A DNA stretch of 64,000 bases from Schizochytrium sp. TIO01 (GCA_004764695.1 SMSO01000031.1:8786761-8850760); one strand, 5' to 3'. Shown: positions 46,476-57,886, counted from the first letter of the stretch. Notes: generated from the letters alone by a model not told the origin. Translations and numbers: made by a program.

Positions 46476-48998
46476 ATGGGCAACTCCTCTTCTTCTGCTG
46501 CTTCTGCTCAGAAGCGAGGCAGCAGCGGCATGGCCGGCAGCAGGCGCAGCGTCGCGAGGTCGCGGCGCGGACTGCATCGCCGCAAGTCACCGGAGCTTAC
46601 CATTGATGACTTCTCCTGCGTAAAGGGCTTTCCGTCCAATATTGGAGAGGGAGGCTTCGGCCGCGTGCTCGCAATGGTGCGACGCGATGACCCAATGCGC
46701 CGCTTTGCGGTCAAGTGCATGAACAAGGCCAAAATTCTGCACAGGAAGCAGGTGGACAATGTGCTCAACGAGCTTGGAATCTTGCGTAGACTTGATCACT
46801 ACCCGTACCTTGTGAACCTCTTCTATGCCTTTCAAGATAGGAACAATGTCTATATGTGTACAGATCTCATGCTTGGAGGCACCCTGCAAAGAGCTCTGCG
46901 CAAATCTCCGAATGGCAACTTTAGCGATGAACCTGACCGCATCAGACTCTACGCAGCAGAACTGTCGCTCGCACTTCAATTCTTGCACGCCAATAACGTT
47001 GTGCACAGAGACATTAAGCCCGACAACGTCTTGCTCGACGCCAACGGCCACGTGCATATCACGGACTTCAATGTATCAATCTACGTGGAGCCAGGCCAAG
47101 AAGAATCTCAGAAACACAACGATGGGTGGGGAACAAGAGGGTACAGAGCACCTGAAGTATACCTTCGCACAGGAGCAGGGTTCATCTTTGCATGTGATTG
47201 GTGGAGCCTGGGATCCATGATCTATGAAATGTACACCGGACGCGTGCCATACACAAGGCAGCACAAAGATGAGCAGAGCTCAGATCTACTGCTAAGGATG
47301 AATGCCGAAAACGCGGATTTTTACCAAATCGAAAGCGAAATCACGCGTGACTTTTTGAGGAAAATGTTGAGATTTGACCCTGAATTGCGACTGGGATGCC
47401 AACATGGATCCAACAGCGAGGTCATGATTTTGGCACACCCGTTCTTTAATGGTACTGACTGGGACTCTCTTGAAAAGTATAGCAACCCCAATGATGTGGA
47501 AAGGGCTACGAGTGAAGGAAGTCGTACGACAGACAACTCTGACCATATCGAAGCACCTAACAGCGTTGCTGGAACGGAATCAATGTCCACCGTGCTTGGA
47601 GGACAAAATCTACCATCGCACGCAGGTACAGCAGCAATCATGGACGCACCTGCGTCGGGAAAACCGACCTTCACAGAGGGAAAGTCTGTAAGAGCCTCCG
47701 GACCACGCGATATTCGAGAGTACATGGATAACTTCGATCACTCTCTTGACCAGAAAGAGAAACTTCGTATTTTGCAGCGGAATATGGGCATCTTGGGACT
47801 TAACGGTTTTGAGAATATTGAAGATGACGAGAACCAATTCCCGGCGCTCACACCCGAGCAACAGCAACTCTTCAAAGATTGGCAGTTCAATGTGGACTTT
47901 AAACTCGAGCAGCTGCAGATGCCGCAATTTACCCTGCTGCAGACGGTCTCGTCTATGAGTCCGCTCGAGATCAAATCGTGGGTCGGCACGAGCAAACCTG
48001 AATCGATTCGTGCGCTGTGCTCAGAAATGAAATCTTACAGAGAACAGGCAATGAAAGAAAACTTTGATCACGTCATGGCAGAAATGAGAATAGATCGTCT
48101 GATTGAAGAGAATCTTCGACTCACACGTCGCATCGCACAACTAGAGCAACGGGCCGGCATCCGCCAGACTCAGGATGACCCCCTGAATGACACAGAATTA
48201 GGATTTCAGCCTACATCGCTTACACGTAAGTCTTCACGCTCGTCACGGGCATCTATGGCTGCCGCAGAAATTGGAGTCAGTATCCCTGACTCTCATTACC
48301 CGCCTACTGAGCGTCAGAGGTCAATGGGCTCCACCGGTGCTGCATCCACGACTTCTGCAGTACCTGTTTCAGCAGTGCGCCCCGTGTCCAACGCCTACCC
48401 AGTGTCTCCGGTATCTGCATTTAACAACCAGCAACAACAAATGCAGCAGCAACAACAAGATGCCACACCCACTGCAGAGTCCTCTGTAGTTCTTTTTCAT
48501 GCGGGATCAGACGGTGATGCAAACTCGGATGATGACGACATTGACGACATTGACAAGAACGAAGCGATGCCCCCTATCCCACCAAAATCTGCTGCTGCTC
48601 TGCAACGCAGCCGGGAATCGCAAGGTCTGGAACCCGACGACGAGAAGGATTATGAAGGTAACGAAGATGCCGAGAACACATCACCGCAGCCTTTCCCCGT
48701 CTCGTCGACACCTGGCAGATCGCCTATGAAGCAGGCTGTTGCTGATGCGAAAGTATCTCTTCGTAGCAAGAATGGCGTTGGTGAAGATGATGATGATGCT
48801 ACATTTTTTGAGGACCCCAACCACTTTATTGATGTCTCGTCATCTGGAAACAAAAAGAATAATACCCTCAAGCAGCCTTTACCAACAGCCTTGAAAAAGA
48901 AGCCCGTGTCTGTGAACAGTAGTGATGAAGTTAATGAAGAATCACCTCCCTTGGACGAGCAAAATTCCGCAGCGGCCGCGCCAACGATGTCCTCATAG
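46476..48998 (+). CDS. AGC-group Ser/Thr kinase, YANK/STK32-like, with coiled coil and long low-complexity C-terminal tail
   Basis: MGNSSS myristoylation-type start, IGEGGFGRV, FAVKCMNK, LVNLFYAFQD, HRDIKPDNVLLD, ITDFNVS (DFN in place of DFG is a YANK hallmark), APE, DWWSLG. Confidence 0.92.
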   Translation: MGNSSSSAASAQKRGSSGMAGSRRSVARSRRGLHRRKSPELTIDDFSCVKGFPSNIGEGGFGRVLAMVRRDDPMRRFAVKCMNKAKILHRKQVDNVLNELGILRRLDHYPYLVNLFYAFQDRNNVYMCTDLMLGGTLQRALRKSPNGNFSDEPDRIRLYAAELSLALQFLHANNVVHRDIKPDNVLLDANGHVHITDFNVSIYVEPGQEESQKHNDGWGTRGYRAPEVYLRTGAGFIFACDWWSLGSMIYEMYTGRVPYTRQHKDEQSSDLLLRMNAENADFYQIESEITRDFLRKMLRFDPELRLGCQHGSNSEVMILAHPFFNGTDWDSLEKYSNPNDVERATSEGSRTTDNSDHIEAPNSVAGTESMSTVLGGQNLPSHAGTAAIMDAPASGKPTFTEGKSVRASGPRDIREYMDNFDHSLDQKEKLRILQRNMGILGLNGFENIEDDENQFPALTPEQQQLFKDWQFNVDFKLEQLQMPQFTLLQTVSSMSPLEIKSWVGTSKPESIRALCSEMKSYREQAMKENFDHVMAEMRIDRLIEENLRLTRRIAQLEQRAGIRQTQDDPLNDTELGFQPTSLTRKSSRSSRASMAAAEIGVSIPDSHYPPTERQRSMGSTGAASTTSAVPVSAVRPVSNAYPVSPVSAFNNQQQQMQQQQQDATPTAESSVVLFHAGSDGDANSDDDDIDDIDKNEAMPPIPPKSAAALQRSRESQGLEPDDEKDYEGNEDAENTSPQPFPVSSTPGRSPMKQAVADAKVSLRSKNGVGEDDDDATFFEDPNHFIDVSSSGNKKNNTLKQPLPTALKKKPVSVNSSDEVNEESPPLDEQNSAAAAPTMSS

Positions 48999-49584
48999 CC
49001 TCCTCCAAGGAGTATAGTATCTGACATAATGGGCTCTCGACTGTCGATTTACATGTTGAAGACAGTGTAAGCTCTTCTCATAGACGTTAGAAAAATTCAT
49101 GTGCCCGCATGAATTATTACGTGAGTTTCACGCTTCTTCTTCCTTCTTTTTTTGGTCTTATTCGTCATCTGTCTGGCATGATTTTTCATTTGCAAAGAGA
49201 CAGAATTCACTGCATCGAAGCAAAGTTGATCTGCTTCAAGTAAGTCGGCAACCACAAGTAGACAATATACACAAAATTCCTGCATTTTTCAACATTTTAG
49301 TATGTAGAGGTGCATATAGCTATATCCTAAACGATCACAACGACGAGCCCATTTACCAAACCATTTCGTTCATACATGCTAGTAAATAAATACTTTCGTC
49401 ACGCTGCGTCTTGTTTGCGATTCAATTTAATAAAAAAAATAAGATAAGAAGAAAGCCTGTGTAACTTGTAGGTCTGGAATCTACTTCCATGGCATCTGTG
49501 AAGTACTGACAACGCACTAGCAGCGGCAAACCGACTGAGTAAATAAATCAACGGCCTATTTTGAAATTCTTTTCTTAATTACAT

Positions 49585-51819
49585 TCATGGGGCTGCTAAG
49601 CTGAAAATTTGCAGTTTATCAAGCCCGCGCAGTGCAGTCTCTTCGAGGGCTTCCTCCATATCCTCGTCCGTGGATACGACGACGAGGTCTCCATCTGCAT
49701 TGTAGAATGCAAATGGTCCATCTCCTTGGGGAAGTTTTGCGCCCGCAAAAGGAGGCTCTGCCATAGCCATACGAAGATAAAGATTTTCATCGAACTGAAC
49801 ATGTTCTTTACGGGCTTTTGATGAGCCCTTCTTCTTACTCGCCTTCTTGTTACTATTTGCCTTGGACTTTAAACAAGTGGAAGAATTATTGCTCGTATGC
49901 GACTGGTTGGATGTCGCCACTATTTTATGTTCAGATATGCCCGGTTCGTCAGCCCCTTCGTCATCAGCATCCTCATCGTTCCCATTTTCATCACTTGATA
50001 CACCTTTGTTACACTGATTGTGAAGTTCGTCTTTCTTCCTTTTGACTGGGGCTGAAATCCCGTCCACAGAAATTTCAGGTAGTAAAAGTGCCATCTCTTG
50101 GCAAGCTGGCATTGGGCAGTAAAATACAAGGTGGTCGCCAACATGCTGCCGCAACTGCTTAAGTTCGCGTTCTTCTAAATCCTCACAATACAACGCACGT
50201 GCAAGGTCCCAGGAAGGAAATTGCCGTGCGGTACGACCTAGACAATCTAGATGCATTCGCATTCCACAACTTGGGTTCCCACATGTTACCCACTCTTTAT
50301 CATCGTCTTCTGATGACATGCATCCCCAGCATTCAGCACCGGTCCAGCGTCCATCAGGATGGTCTGAGAATTTTGCTCTGCGGCGAGCAGGAAAGTTGAA
50401 CAGGTTTTGCTCATGTGCAGCAATTGGCTTCCCGTCCGCACGATGGAAGTCAAACTCATCAAAAAATTGGCCATCTTTGAACTGCACAATACACCGAATC
50501 GCACCTAAGTGCGCCATAGCATCTAAAGTTACTGCAAAAGGCAGTAAAGGCGAGCCTGCAGGCCAAGTCCACCAACCAAGTCCATGTTGTTTGCCATCCC
50601 GAAAGAAGCCTACGTATCGAATACGATCTTTGGAATTGTTTTCGGAAGTTAGCCCTGAGGCTTGTTTAGAAAGATAGACGGAACCAAGTCCATGCCGTGC
50701 GCCATGCCGCCACCAGCCTTCATATATCTCCCCCGTGTCTGTGCTTCCAGTACGCAGTTCGAGACCAAACCCGTGCCGTTTGTCATGCCTCCATCCACCA
50801 ACATAAACAATTTTCTCCGTACGTTCGTCGACGACTTGGCCTACACCATGGCGCTCACCATTTTTCCATTCGCCTGTATATAGTTGAGAACTTGTCGCAT
50901 CCATCCGTTGTGTACCAATACCATGCGGTTGACCTTTCTCATTTGTATCGCCGTCGTACGCAGCAGGGTCGAGCAAGCGTGGTGGAAACAATCGAGTCCA
51001 TGGCGATCCCCGGCTCTGAAGAATGTCTTCAATATTTGGCTCATGAGAAAATTGTGCATGCTCATTCAAGAGCTTTTCGGCTGCCTCTCGATGACCTAGT
51101 AAAGCCTCACAAATAGCATCAACAGTCAGGTCAACACGTTTCGAATGTCCAGATCGAAGATCAAATGGTTCCTCGCCATCCGGCAGCTCCCAAAGTTGTG
51201 CAAATGATTCAGACAAGTTGGTCACTGCGACCCGCTTCCCGCACGCGGAGAATCCAATAGAAGTTATTGTATTTGTTCGGGCTGCCGCGCTTCCGATATA
51301 CTCGACTTCAACATCAAACTTCGAAGGGTGCAACCAAAATCGCCATAAGTGAGCCCTGCCGATGCCACGGCCAGAGCCGACAAGTACTGGTTGACCTCGA
51401 GGATCTTCAGGACCTGTTAATAGCACCTGTACACCAGTCAAGCCACGTTGTTTAGAATGCGACTCAAAATCCAGGGCTAGGTCATATGGTTGTGCTTTAC
51501 GCAGCCTAGCAGCATTCCCCACGACAGAATGCACGTCAAATGCTTGCAGAACATTACGAGATCCTCTTTTAGCTCCAACAAAGATGTACCGCCCCAAGCA
51601 TGTAACAACATTGACATGAGGATCTTGAAGATTGCCAGAGGTTACGACTTCACCCAGAAGGACTCTAATATTTGTTGTGAGATCGAGCATCCAGATCTCG
51701 CCATGAGCAACTCCAGCCAAGAACCCTTTTTCCTTACTCACATTACTGGCACCTGAGGTGCTTTGACTAGGACTACCCGCTGCATCTAAGGTGTCTGGCC
51801 AGCTAGCGAGAGCACTCAT
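49585..51819 (-). CDS. Multidomain protein: beta-propeller-like N-terminus, MORN repeats, PHD-like zinc finger, C-terminal PB1-like domain
   Basis: Five MORN units (e.g. YTGEWKNGERHGVG, YVGGWRHDKRHGFG, YEGWWRHGARHGLG); CWGC...WVTCGNPSC..RMHLDC...FYCPMPAC; FYNADGDLVVVSTDEDMEEALE is an OPCA-type motif. Confidence 0.8.
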   Translation of the reverse strand: MSALASWPDTLDAAGSPSQSTSGASNVSKEKGFLAGVAHGEIWMLDLTTNIRVLLGEVVTSGNLQDPHVNVVTCLGRYIFVGAKRGSRNVLQAFDVHSVVGNAARLRKAQPYDLALDFESHSKQRGLTGVQVLLTGPEDPRGQPVLVGSGRGIGRAHLWRFWLHPSKFDVEVEYIGSAAARTNTITSIGFSACGKRVAVTNLSESFAQLWELPDGEEPFDLRSGHSKRVDLTVDAICEALLGHREAAEKLLNEHAQFSHEPNIEDILQSRGSPWTRLFPPRLLDPAAYDGDTNEKGQPHGIGTQRMDATSSQLYTGEWKNGERHGVGQVVDERTEKIVYVGGWRHDKRHGFGLELRTGSTDTGEIYEGWWRHGARHGLGSVYLSKQASGLTSENNSKDRIRYVGFFRDGKQHGLGWWTWPAGSPLLPFAVTLDAMAHLGAIRCIVQFKDGQFFDEFDFHRADGKPIAAHEQNLFNFPARRRAKFSDHPDGRWTGAECWGCMSSEDDDKEWVTCGNPSCGMRMHLDCLGRTARQFPSWDLARALYCEDLEERELKQLRQHVGDHLVFYCPMPACQEMALLLPEISVDGISAPVKRKKDELHNQCNKGVSSDENGNDEDADDEGADEPGISEHKIVATSNQSHTSNNSSTCLKSKANSNKKASKKKGSSKARKEHVQFDENLYLRMAMAEPPFAGAKLPQGDGPFAFYNADGDLVVVSTDEDMEEALEETALRGLDKLQIFSLAAP

Positions 51820-52364
51820 TAGGTTCCTACGCAAAGAGGCCTTTCGTTGACAAACCTGTGCTGCGTTTTTATTTGCCTCTCGATGAAAGATGCGGTTCTT
51901 GCTCTTGTTCTTGTAGCGTTAACAAGTGGCTTCGAAAGTAACCAGACGGGGGGAAGCAAGGTCAAAGCTCACAGAAGCTACCCTCCCTCAACGGGAGTCC
52001 GCCTCAATGAGCTTTAAGGCTCCTTGCAAACCTCGGTGAGTCCCTGAGGAACGGGCTCTGCCGAAGTCTCAGTTTGGCGTCGTTGTAGTTGAGCGAGCGC
52101 TACTGGTTCGCTCGGGCGCGTCGCGCTACACCCACCTCGAGTAGACCACTAACGAGGCGACGAACTCTTGGCAAGAGCTCAAAAATTTCCTACCCCAGAC
52201 CCTCCTGCCCTGCGGTACATCCCACGGCTGCAAAATCTTGAAAGGATTCGTGTCAAGTCAGAGCACTTTATCTCGGGAGCGTCAATCGCTGAGGTCTACA
52301 AGCCAATCGCAACTTCTCACACTGAACAATAGAAGTACTCGTTAGAGTAACACGAAAGAGACCA

Positions 52365-52874
52365 ATGGAGATGCCGAACCAAGCCCAGAAGATTGAGGCA
52401 GATATTGCCCATGCAGAGGAGGTTTTTGAGCACGATGTCTTTCGGGATTCGCCTTTGAGGCTGGCAGGTTATGCCAACGAGGTTGGTGAGGCATTTCGTC
52501 CTCTGTTCCCGCGTTGGGTGCTTCCTTCATATTGTGCGGCGTTTGGTTATGTGTTTGCTGACACTGCTGACAAAGGTTACAAGCTTGGCCCTATCGGAGC
52601 GCTTGATACACTCGTGTGGCAAACATTTGCTAGTGTTCTGATTCCTGGGATGATCATCAACAGGGTGGTTTGGGGCTCCTCGCAGCTCTACAACACGCCG
52701 ATGATGGCCAAATGTTTCCCCTCTACGGTGCTTCGCTTTGCTCCAGTCATGACAGGTCTTGTAGCAATCCCCTTCATTGTGGAGCCTATTGACAAGTTTG
52801 TTCACTTTGCTATGGATAAAACTTACCGCATTGCGGTAGAATCGATCATGAAGGACAAGAAGGAGAACCAATGA
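52365..52874 (+). CDS. MTFP1: Mitochondrial fission process protein 1 (MTP18)
   Basis: DVFRDSPLRLAGYANEVGEAFRPL, YVFADTADKG, DTLVWQTFASVLIPG..INR, IPFIVEPID. Confidence 0.95.
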   Translation: MEMPNQAQKIEADIAHAEEVFEHDVFRDSPLRLAGYANEVGEAFRPLFPRWVLPSYCAAFGYVFADTADKGYKLGPIGALDTLVWQTFASVLIPGMIINRVVWGSSQLYNTPMMAKCFPSTVLRFAPVMTGLVAIPFIVEPIDKFVHFAMDKTYRIAVESIMKDKKENQ

Positions 52875-53489
52875 TACAATTTCACTGTCCTGCTTGCCTA
52901 TATTGCAGTACATTACCACAGCTTTCACACTCATTCCTTTTGCGAAAATTCCGCTGATCTGCTTTTCATTTCTATACACTGTACGGCTTTGCCACTAGGA
53001 TCAGGGATGTGATAGTTACATCCCTCGTCGTTGCGTATATCATGAGCCTCATAAATAGTAGAAGACTCATTCTATGCCACCATCCCATATTATGCTCGTA
53101 GAACGCTCTCACAGGTGCTTAGCCCATACCCTAGCTCCCTTCTCTGTATGTGTCAAATTGCGGCATTAAGTAAATACTAGTGCAGACCTTCTTCAGATTG
53201 AACTTTCTGCTAGGCTTGTAAAGTTGACGTATCCACAGAAACTCCAAAATAAATTCTTCAAAAATACCAATTTCTTCCCGATATAGGAATAAACGAGACG
53301 AGAACTTCAAGCCAGTTTATGCATATGTTGAAATGAACTTATTATTGTTAAGAGCTTCTGAACTGAAGTCACAAATCCTACAATTTTAGGGGTTGCTCAA
53401 TGGTGTCTAGTTTCTTTATTATGGTGGCGTTAATTGATACTACAATGTTCCGGCTATCTCACATAAACCTTTTTTTTTTTCTGTCAGTG

Positions 53490-54010
53490 TGTGTCCTTCA
53501 GTCTCACAAAGAATATTGTAAAGCTCTGCGTGATAAACAAATTAAGTTCGACTCTGAAAATAACAAACTTGTGTGGATACGACTTTGTAAGTCAGGGAAA
53601 ACATTGCGCACAGAGAAACTGACAGGCTACAACACTTCAGTGAAGGAGCTCATTTGTATTCTTGAATAACCGGTGAATATTGTGAATACTGAAAACTTCG
53701 GTCGGCTCAAAAGCAAACTTAACGCCCTAAACATAGACTCCATCAAGGAGATTGAAACGATTGCAGGTTACAAGGTTGAAGTTGCGGAGATTACGAGATA
53801 GTTTAACTCCATGAAAAGTATTGAATTGCTTGAACAGGTCAGAAGTATTGATACCAGAATGTATTAGTTTGAAGATAAGATTGAAAGTGTTCAGACTCCA
53901 GTTCAAGAATGACTTAAGAAAATAGCAACTAGCGAAAAAAAAAATCCTGAAAATTGACCTCCTCTACCACAAGCACTATTCCAACAGCCCCCGTCTTGCA
54001 GAGTAATCCG
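53490..54010 (+). pseudogene. Nonsense-disrupted coiled-coil-like ORF of unknown function
   Basis: One reading frame stays protein-like across five isolated stop codons without a frameshift. Confidence 0.5.
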
Positions 54011-54284
54011 CTCTCGCCACGAGAGTCTAGTTTGAGTCGCCAAATGGTGATATGAAAGTGATCGATTCAGATTTGCATGATTTCCTTCTGAAGATCGCGG
54101 GCTTGCCAAAGTAAGAAGGGAGCGAAGACCTTCCTCACATAAATAAGATTCTCAATGAGTCTTCTTTTGTGATGTGAAAAATTTCAAAGTTTGGGCTTTG
54201 GTCGAACTATACAGTCTACCCAAGATACATTGTCTATCAATGAATTCTTCTCTAAGATTTAAAAAAGAAAAGAAAAAAAACAAA

Positions 54285-54925
54285 TCGCTGTCTAGGTGAG
54301 CAACTGCCTTAGGAACAAGCGCAGAGAACGCAAGCCGATCATCTCACCGTTAACATTATTTTTAGAGTTATTCAGACACAAACTATTTCGATTCAGCATT
54401 GATACCTGACACGTCAGGAGCTATAATTACATTCCCATTGCCATACTCAGAAAATATCTCATAAAGAAGGAATTGAGGTGCACCAATAGAAGCCCCATTA
54501 TGATGAACAAGCTTTGTAATTGCCAGAAGACCCATTCCAGATGACGGAGACGTCTTGACGTTATTTGATACTAATTCATGAACCCTGGAATCTTTGACAT
54601 CCAAATCGCTCAATGAAGAAAGACCTACAATTCTTGTAGAAATAAGGATAATTTTCTCCTCTTTTCGAAGCTTATCTTGTTCTTGAGCACCCTCAAGTAC
54701 TAGTTCTTACTGTCATCTTGGAGTCAATGATGAAACAGATGAATGTTGTCAACTCTCAAAAGTCAAAATGTGAGATTCTATTCGACATCAACTACCTTGA
54801 GGAGAATCTCTTCAGAACACCATTCTCTGTTGACGTATCTTGGACTTGGTATTCAAATAAGAGAATGGCTCGAATCTTAGAATTGAAGATATTAACAATG
54901 CCACGTTTGCTTATTTTTTTATGAA
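54285..54925 (+). pseudogene. Copy B of the decayed element at about 12600-13225, in the opposite orientation, with an internal inversion at 54390-54717
   Basis: Shared peptides such as NLFRTPFSVDVSWTW and DVKDSRVxELxSNNxKTS, plus clear nucleotide similarity across three collinear segments. Confidence 0.85.
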
Positions 54926-56210
54926 AAAGAAGGAATCTAGTTGCCCGCTGTATCAATATTTGCTCGAGGAGCATCTGGTGACTGCTTTAGCTGCCATGTA
55001 GTGTAAGTCGTGACATCTTGTCGTATGTTGCAGAGCCCAGTAAACGAAAGTTCTGTAGCCCATTCGCCCGCGAAATCCTCAGAAATGAACAGCAAAAGCT
55101 TATTGGCAGGGTTTAAAGATTTACATTTCATTTCTGAGTAACAGTCTCAAGCTCTTGAACAACTGGTGTTGAGTCATTTATGTACAAGGTCGTACAAGAA
55201 CTGAAATAACTTTGACTTAAAGTTCTGGAAATCATGGGCACTGGCGGCACTGCTGCAAAACTTCGTAGTCAGCGGAAGGGTTTTCTTCTGTATCTTAAAT
55301 CAGCTCTCAGCTTACATCATAGGTACGGGATACCGTCACGACTTGAAAGTTTCCTACATTTGCTTCAACTTGAGACATCCTGTCTTTTGTTATGCAACCT
55401 TCTATATACCCACCGCCCACTTTGGAGCTTTCCTCTACTCGAATATGCCAAGCCATTGGCCTGCCTCATAATTTTCGATGCCAAGGCAAAAGCTCTTCAA
55501 CAAAGTTGCCTCAGACCAACCCTGTCAAGTTCCAACTCTTCTTTTCATATCTTTCCACAAATTTCATACCAAAGCTCTTCAAAATTTTGTCTAGCCGGTA
55601 GTTTGCTTCGCCACTAATCTTCGACCTCAATATCATCGTTTTCCAAAAGGCGGTGAACCTGCGAGAAGGCATCTATCATCGCTTCCATAATCCGATTTCT
55701 TAGTCCGCCATTCTTTGCAGTACTGTGGGCATCTTGATTTCTCATCGCAAAGTTGCCATCATCAGGGCAAGAAATCTTACGAACAAGGAGACTTAGGACC
55801 ATAGGCACCGATGCACTGAGAATGATCAACTCGAGCCGGTCCACCCCTCCAGAAGAATTGATCCAAGGAGAGAATAAACAATGCAACTCACAGAAGTCTG
55901 CAATTCGAAATTGGAATAGCTCCGAAACTCTGGCCATTTAATGCTAGCACACCTCTTGGTCTTGCTTTTATTGCTGTTTTTGTTGCAGATCGTTGCTGCA
56001 ACGAATTACCAAGTGAGGCAGAAAGTGCTTTGGCGATTGATGAAATTTGACTGTGCCTTTTTGAGATGTCGAAGTAAGGTTTAAAGTAGGAAGGCTTAAC
56101 AGACCTCTAATACATATGGCAGTTTGGGCTTTGGGATTTTCTGTTCTCATCAACAAACCAATTTGCAGGTTTGCCGACAAAAGCGCAGCGACGGGAGTTC
56201 AGGCAGAATC

Positions 56211-57398
56211 ATGCTTGTGCGAGAGCTTCAGGCAGCGCTGGGCAGCGCAACTGTTATGCCTGGACGCAAGAGGGCGTGTGTGGCACTTCTGCTACGTCTT
56301 TCGCCAGCTGCATTGCGCCAGAACCCAGAGGTCACTGCGCTCATGGAGGCCATTTCTAGCCCAGAGGTAACCCAGAGCCGCGCAAAACTCGTGGAAGCCA
56401 TCTTTAACAGCGTGAATGTTGAAGATCTTGAAGCGTTTTTCATTCTGAGGGCCAGCAACGAAAACGACCGCTGGGGAGGCCAGGTGGGACTCCCTGGAGG
56501 TCGCCAAGACGTTGGTGAAAGCGACCTCGAAACAGCTGCTCGAGAAGTCCTTGAGGAGGTCGGCCTTATATTACCAGGACTAGACCTTTCAGAAATTATG
56601 GAAAATCCAAGAATTGCACGTATTTGGAGCGATTTAGAGGATAAATGTGACTTTAAAAACAATAATGATAGACGTCTGGAGAGCAGATTTGAAGTCCTTG
56701 GGCGAGTGCATGACCGCAAGGTCCTCCAAGGTCCCGATGGCCTGGTAGTCAGTGGATTCGTCTTCATGCAGGTAGCAACAGAAACTCCACACATCAATCC
56801 TGAGCATAGCGAAGTGGCAGCGTGTGGATGGTGCCCACTAAACCATCTTTTGGGTGAGAATGTTGCAAGTCCAATGGCTTTTAGTATTGCCAAGATGACC
56901 TTTCCCCAAGAGCACCCTGGAGCCTTCAAAGTCATGGAAATGCTCGGCCTTGATGATCTCTACTTCACCAAAGTTTCCTTACCGATGAATCCTCTGTACA
57001 TATCTGCCCATGCCGACCCGAACTCGGGCAGGGCGCTGACTACCCTAGAGGTTGCTGCCAGCGATACTAACACAGAGGTTGCTGTACGTGAGGCCTTCTT
57101 TCTATGGGGTATGACTCTTGGCATTATCAATGATTTGCTGACTGACATGACAGGCTTACGAAAGGAGCGCATTGGTGTTTCAGACACTATTGTACCGGGT
57201 TGGGTCAAGGTTGAGAAAATATTCGCAAGCAAGATCCACAATCTTGGTCTCCATACACTTAGAAGGGGCTACCAGCTTACGTTTTCTGAACCTATGCCTT
57301 GGAGTCTGTACATGATGGTATATCCAATAATGGTTCTAGGTTGTGTCTCAGGCCCCCCTCTTGTAGCAGCCGCTAAGTTCTTTAGATCACGTATGTGA
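56211..57398 (+). CDS. Nudix hydrolase, CoA-diphosphatase-like (NUDT7/8/PCD1 clan)
   Basis: RRACVALLLR-type N-terminal strand, ILRA...DRWGGQVGLPGGRQDVGESDLETAAREVLEEVGL Nudix box, SEVAACGW.PL, LWGMTLGI. Hydrophobic C-terminus ending in SRM. Confidence 0.88.
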   Translation: MLVRELQAALGSATVMPGRKRACVALLLRLSPAALRQNPEVTALMEAISSPEVTQSRAKLVEAIFNSVNVEDLEAFFILRASNENDRWGGQVGLPGGRQDVGESDLETAAREVLEEVGLILPGLDLSEIMENPRIARIWSDLEDKCDFKNNNDRRLESRFEVLGRVHDRKVLQGPDGLVVSGFVFMQVATETPHINPEHSEVAACGWCPLNHLLGENVASPMAFSIAKMTFPQEHPGAFKVMEMLGLDDLYFTKVSLPMNPLYISAHADPNSGRALTTLEVAASDTNTEVAVREAFFLWGMTLGIINDLLTDMTGLRKERIGVSDTIVPGWVKVEKIFASKIHNLGLHTLRRGYQLTFSEPMPWSLYMMVYPIMVLGCVSGPPLVAAAKFFRSRM

Positions 57399-57886
57399 GT
57401 TCAAGGTTGTAAATGTAGCAAAAATTATTTTCACTATTTGTTTCTGTCTTTGTCTTCTGAGGAATATCTTCTTTCTATTTCCCCATGGCTCTTTGTATCC
57501 TGCATACTTGCCTTTTCAAGATTAAAAGGATATTTCACATATTATGCAGAGATGTAAAATAGTAGAGAGGTGGTGCTGCTGGCGTATTAGAAGGGGCATG
57601 AACATAGTTTTTTTGATCCATCAGCACATACAAGAAGGGTTGGCGACTTCCAGACCTTCGTTTCTACGCCCAAGGAACAGCTCTTAAAGGAAGCAAGCAG
57701 GGTGAAATATATGGAGGAAAAGAAAGCTTTTGTTTGGGTTATGGATTGTGTCTTATCCCAATATTTGCGATAATAAAGTTGCCCTAGGTACCTAACTTAA
57801 TTTGAGATACAAACCATCTGTCGCGGCTACGCAGAATCCACTTAGAGTCTTACACAACCACATATCTCGGTGCTAACATGCCCATT

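Noticed and set aside
54390-54925. L1 twin-priming 5' inversion signature
   Set aside because: Homology to copy A continues to the left of the inverted segment, and there is no poly(A) tail or target-site duplication, so a simple internal inversion fits better.
56228-56935. 235-aa antisense ORF and similar shadow ORFs inside real genes
   Set aside because: They lie opposite well-supported genes, have no motifs, and are explained by codon bias.
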